Shown here: piece after piece, positions 60,340 through 64,000 of the stretch
Numbering within the stretch: position 1 is the stretch's first letter
Layout of the letters: each line of letters starts with the position of its first letter
Position numbers and translations under genes: made by a program
The notes under the pieces: model-generated
The model's database searches: none
What the model was told of the DNA's origin: nothing
The model's input: only the letters and a program-made list of their open reading frames with translations
Assembly: GCA_964016885.1 (NCBI GenBank)
Contig: OZ024749.1
Location: 54,746,001 to 54,810,000, forward strand
Origin: Eledone cirrhosa
Taxonomy: Eukaryota
Direction of reading: 5' to 3'
Length of the DNA: 64,000 nucleotides

Positions 60340-60796
60340 TCAAACCAAACCCTAACTATAACCACAACTCTAGCTCTAAACCTAACCCCAACCTAACCCA
60401 AATCTAACGCTACATATAACCTAGGGACTAACCATAATCCTAACCATAAACCTCACCTTAATCCTAACCATAAACCTAACCATAAACCTAACCATAAACC
60501 TAACCATTAAGGTTAGGATTAAACCTAACCTTAAACCTAACCTTAAACCTAACCTTAAACTATAAACCTAACCTTAATCTATAAACCTAATCTATAAACC
60601 TAATCTTAATCCTAACCTTAATCCTAATCTTAATCCTAACCTTAATCCTAACCTTAATCCTAACCTTAATCCTAACCTTAATCCTAACCTTAATCCTAAC
60701 CTTAATCCAAACCATAAACCTAATCTTAATCCTAACCTTAAACCATAAACCTAACCTTAATCTTAATCCTAAACAAACATAACCCTAAAACCTAAC
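60340..60796. repeat. Telomere-like hexamer array organised as 12-bp units taa(t/a)cctaacc(t/a)
   Basis: Read directly; one short inverted unit ttaaggttaggattaa at ~60507-60522. Confidence 0.9.
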
Positions 60797-60907
60797 GCTG
60801 ACGTTTTCAAATTTCGAATACTTGCAGTACTCTGAAAATCATACTTAATTCGTTTACATTCCTGCTACCCTGAAACCTAAGGTCACCCATACTTCTTAGG
60901 TGCATGG

Positions 60908-60949
<42 letters not shown>

Positions 60950-60954
<5 letters not shown>

Positions 60955-61060
60955 TAACAGATTAAAGTTTAAGCAAAGAATCGCTGCTTTCACCCTTAAC
61001 GGAATCTTCTGAAACTATATATATTTATCCTGATCGAGCCCTCTTTGGAATTTATTATTA
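60950..61060 (+). mobile_element. Family F short element next to (TA)n
   Basis: aaaataacagattaa...aaagaatcgctgctttcacccttaacgg.atcttctgaaacta...atttatcct.atcgagccctctttgga. Confidence 0.8.
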
Positions 61061-61067
61061 CTATATA

Positions 61068-61234
61068 TAGAGGGTAGGACGACATGCTTTGACGCATAGT
61101 TACGGCCCTTGCCATTATGAGTTCAAATCCCGCCGAGGTTAACTTTGCCTTTCATCCTTATGGGGTCGATAAAATAAAGTACCGGTAATACACTGGGTAA
61201 TGGCTGGCCTTGTGCCAAAAGTAGAAAAAATTAT

Positions 61235-61237
<3 letters not shown>
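61068..61237 (+). mobile_element. SINE (main family), slightly 5'-truncated
   Basis: B-box and full body to gtagaaaaaattattac. Confidence 0.92.
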
Positions 61238-61280
<43 letters not shown>

Positions 61281-62519
61281 AAGAGTTACATTTTCTTTCT
61301 GCGCGTTAGTCGCGGAGAGCATCAAAATACACAGTCACCTCTACGTCAAGACAGTAGTAGTAGTAGTACCATTATTGGTATGCGAGGAGATGATGTGAGA
61401 AATAATATAATTACAAACGATAATAACAAATACATAAACAGTTGGTATTCTGAAAATATCACTGGATATATCAAAAGAAAGGAAGGAGAAATATAGCGAC
61501 CTGAACTTTTATTTTCTATTTTATTCTTGTTTAGTTGTATCATCGAATTTACTGACTATATCTCTAATAGAATTTATTAGCCGAGGTCAATATTTGCGAG
61601 TAGGTAGTGTGTTGTAGGCTCTCAGAAAAACATAAATAAAATAAAAATAAAAATTTTCTTCTAGACTTATTTAGGTCACTCGACGGAAGAGTGTGATTGC
61701 TGCTTGCGGGATCTGGTAATCAAAATTCAACCAAGTACAAAGTTGCAGATATAAAAGAGATTAAACTTCCATCTGTGACATTCCGAAATTCCGAAATTCC
61801 GAAATAGTTCTATAACATTGGAAACTGAGCACGTTTTATTTTGAAAATGAATAAAATGTACTGCTGTTACTATTGTTTGCTGTCGTTATTGTTTCTGTTA
61901 CTCTGCTATATAGCTTTTAATTGTTGTTGCTTCTCTCGTATTTATACTGTTGTTATTGTTACTGCTGTTGTTGTTGCAGTTGTTTTAGTTGCTGTTGTTG
62001 CTGCTGTTGTTGTTGCAATTGTTTTAGCTGCTGTTGCTGCCAAGATGGATCATTACACGAAATATGTGAACAGACCCCTTGTGGCGTTCGTTCTCAACTC
62101 ACAAGGACTACAAGAAGAATCCGAAATATTTCTTTCCGTTGAGGCCGCCATATTGCTTCCGGTAATATCAGCACTTATCTTGTCGCTTGATGAGAAGGAT
62201 CGGTGGAATGTTCTTCAGTGATTATCGTTCTTTATTAAGGACGAGATCGTAGCAGATCAAAGGGCATGAGAAATAACAAGGGGTCAGCTTTTCAGGCTGT
62301 TTAGCATCCGATCATCCTACTTCTTAGTGCCGCCATAACCTTACACCTGACCCTTTTTATTTTATCTTTAACTCGAGAATAATCATTCGAAACTACTTCT
62401 CGCTTGACAAAGCAATCAGTTTCGTGACGTCATCGTACATATTCAAATTCTTCTATCTCTCTATTAAATATTTTACTCTACTGCAGCGATAGTACATTCC
62501 ATACTATATTATATTATAT

Positions 62520-62685
62520 CATTCATGGGCTAACTGCGGCCCACGAGCCACATGCGGCCTCTTTACCTTTCTGAATGTCACGCCTAATTTCCAAATTATC
62601 TTGAATTTTTTAGTAGTGTGGCCCATCTTATGATGAGCCACATCCTATGCGGCCCTCTGCTAGAAAAAAAGGTTGTCCATGTCTG
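62520..62685. mobile_element. hAT (Charlie/MER58-like) MITE
   Basis: Termini cattcatgggctaactgcggcccacgagccacatgcggcc / aggttgtccatgtctg; 8-bp flanks tattatat and tatgatac (6/8 match) are a possible decayed TSD. Confidence 0.65.
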
Positions 62686-63024
62686 TATGATACTATATTA
62701 TACTATACTATATCACACAATACCATATACTTTACTATATCATACTATACCATATTCTACTATACTATATATTGTATGAATGCTTATTGTTGATTGAAGA
62801 TAGATTTATTTGTCCATAATTCTATGACAAATTCTGTGAGAATTAAGAGTAACGAGTTAAAAAGATCGATATACATATACAGGAGTGTATCCTGCCAAAA
62901 GGTATCGACATATATATGAACATATGTATGTGTGTATGTGTATATATATATATATACATATAGACAGACAGACAGACAGAGAGAGAGCTTATCGAATAGA
63001 ATGGACCCAGCTATATATGTATAT

Positions 63025-63197
63025 AGTTTTAATATAGATGAGAATCTACAGGACTAGAACTGTTTCATTCCTGATGATTTCTAAAGAATGACAGTTCTAG
63101 TCCCGTAGATTCTCATCTATATTAAAACTTTTATACTCTATGTATTGAGTACCTTACTTACTGTGGTTACCTCCGATTCAACCCGGAATAACGCACC
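63025..63197 (+). mobile_element. Family E fold-back element with CTGATGA retained in the apex loop
   Basis: Hairpin 63025-63129; the loop begins ctgatga (63071-77); tail contains gtattgagta (63142-51); TA flanks. Confidence 0.8.
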
Positions 63198-63526
63198 ATA
63201 TATATATATAGCTGTATATGAGAGAGAGAGAGAGCGCTTTGAACCTGGTTCGATATACTGTGAAGCTTGCATCCCCCATTTCTCAAGTACATTTAGTCTT
63301 GTTACATGGAAACTAAGTGAAAGTCGAAGATGAAGAGGATATAAAAAATGTAAAGGAAGGATCTCAATCCAAGTTGAGTTCATACAAAGAATTCTTTGCA
63401 CGTTATCGCTGAAGTTTATAAAGTCAAGATTGTATGGCCACCAGATATATTCCATTTTAAGGAGGTATGTTCGACAGTCACAGTTGAAGTGGCAGTCTCC
63501 TAGACACACAGACACTCATATGCAGG

Positions 63527-64000
<474 letters not shown>

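Overview
AT-rich, microsatellite-saturated eukaryotic non-coding DNA. The repeat content suggests an octopus or other cephalopod genome, which is an inference. I find no supportable protein-coding gene: the long ORFs in the track are translations of (TA)n, (CA)n and trinucleotide repeats. The ordinary content is about 20 copies or fragments of a tRNA-derived SINE, a few Tc1/mariner and hAT MITEs, RTE-LINE scraps, minisatellites and a ~6 kb (TA)n/(CA) array. The notable signal is a population of roughly 20 short (80-350 bp) non-coding inserts, mostly inside (TA)n tracts. They carry type I hammerhead ribozyme (HHR) cores or their 3' halves, or only the matching tails. Several share a GTAT(T/C)GAGTA tail motif, and several are fold-back palindromes whose apex sits at the ribozyme. 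They look like non-autonomous Penelope-like (PLE pLTR-derived) retroelements from several distinct families. All structures were read by eye and none was computed; boundaries are approximate.
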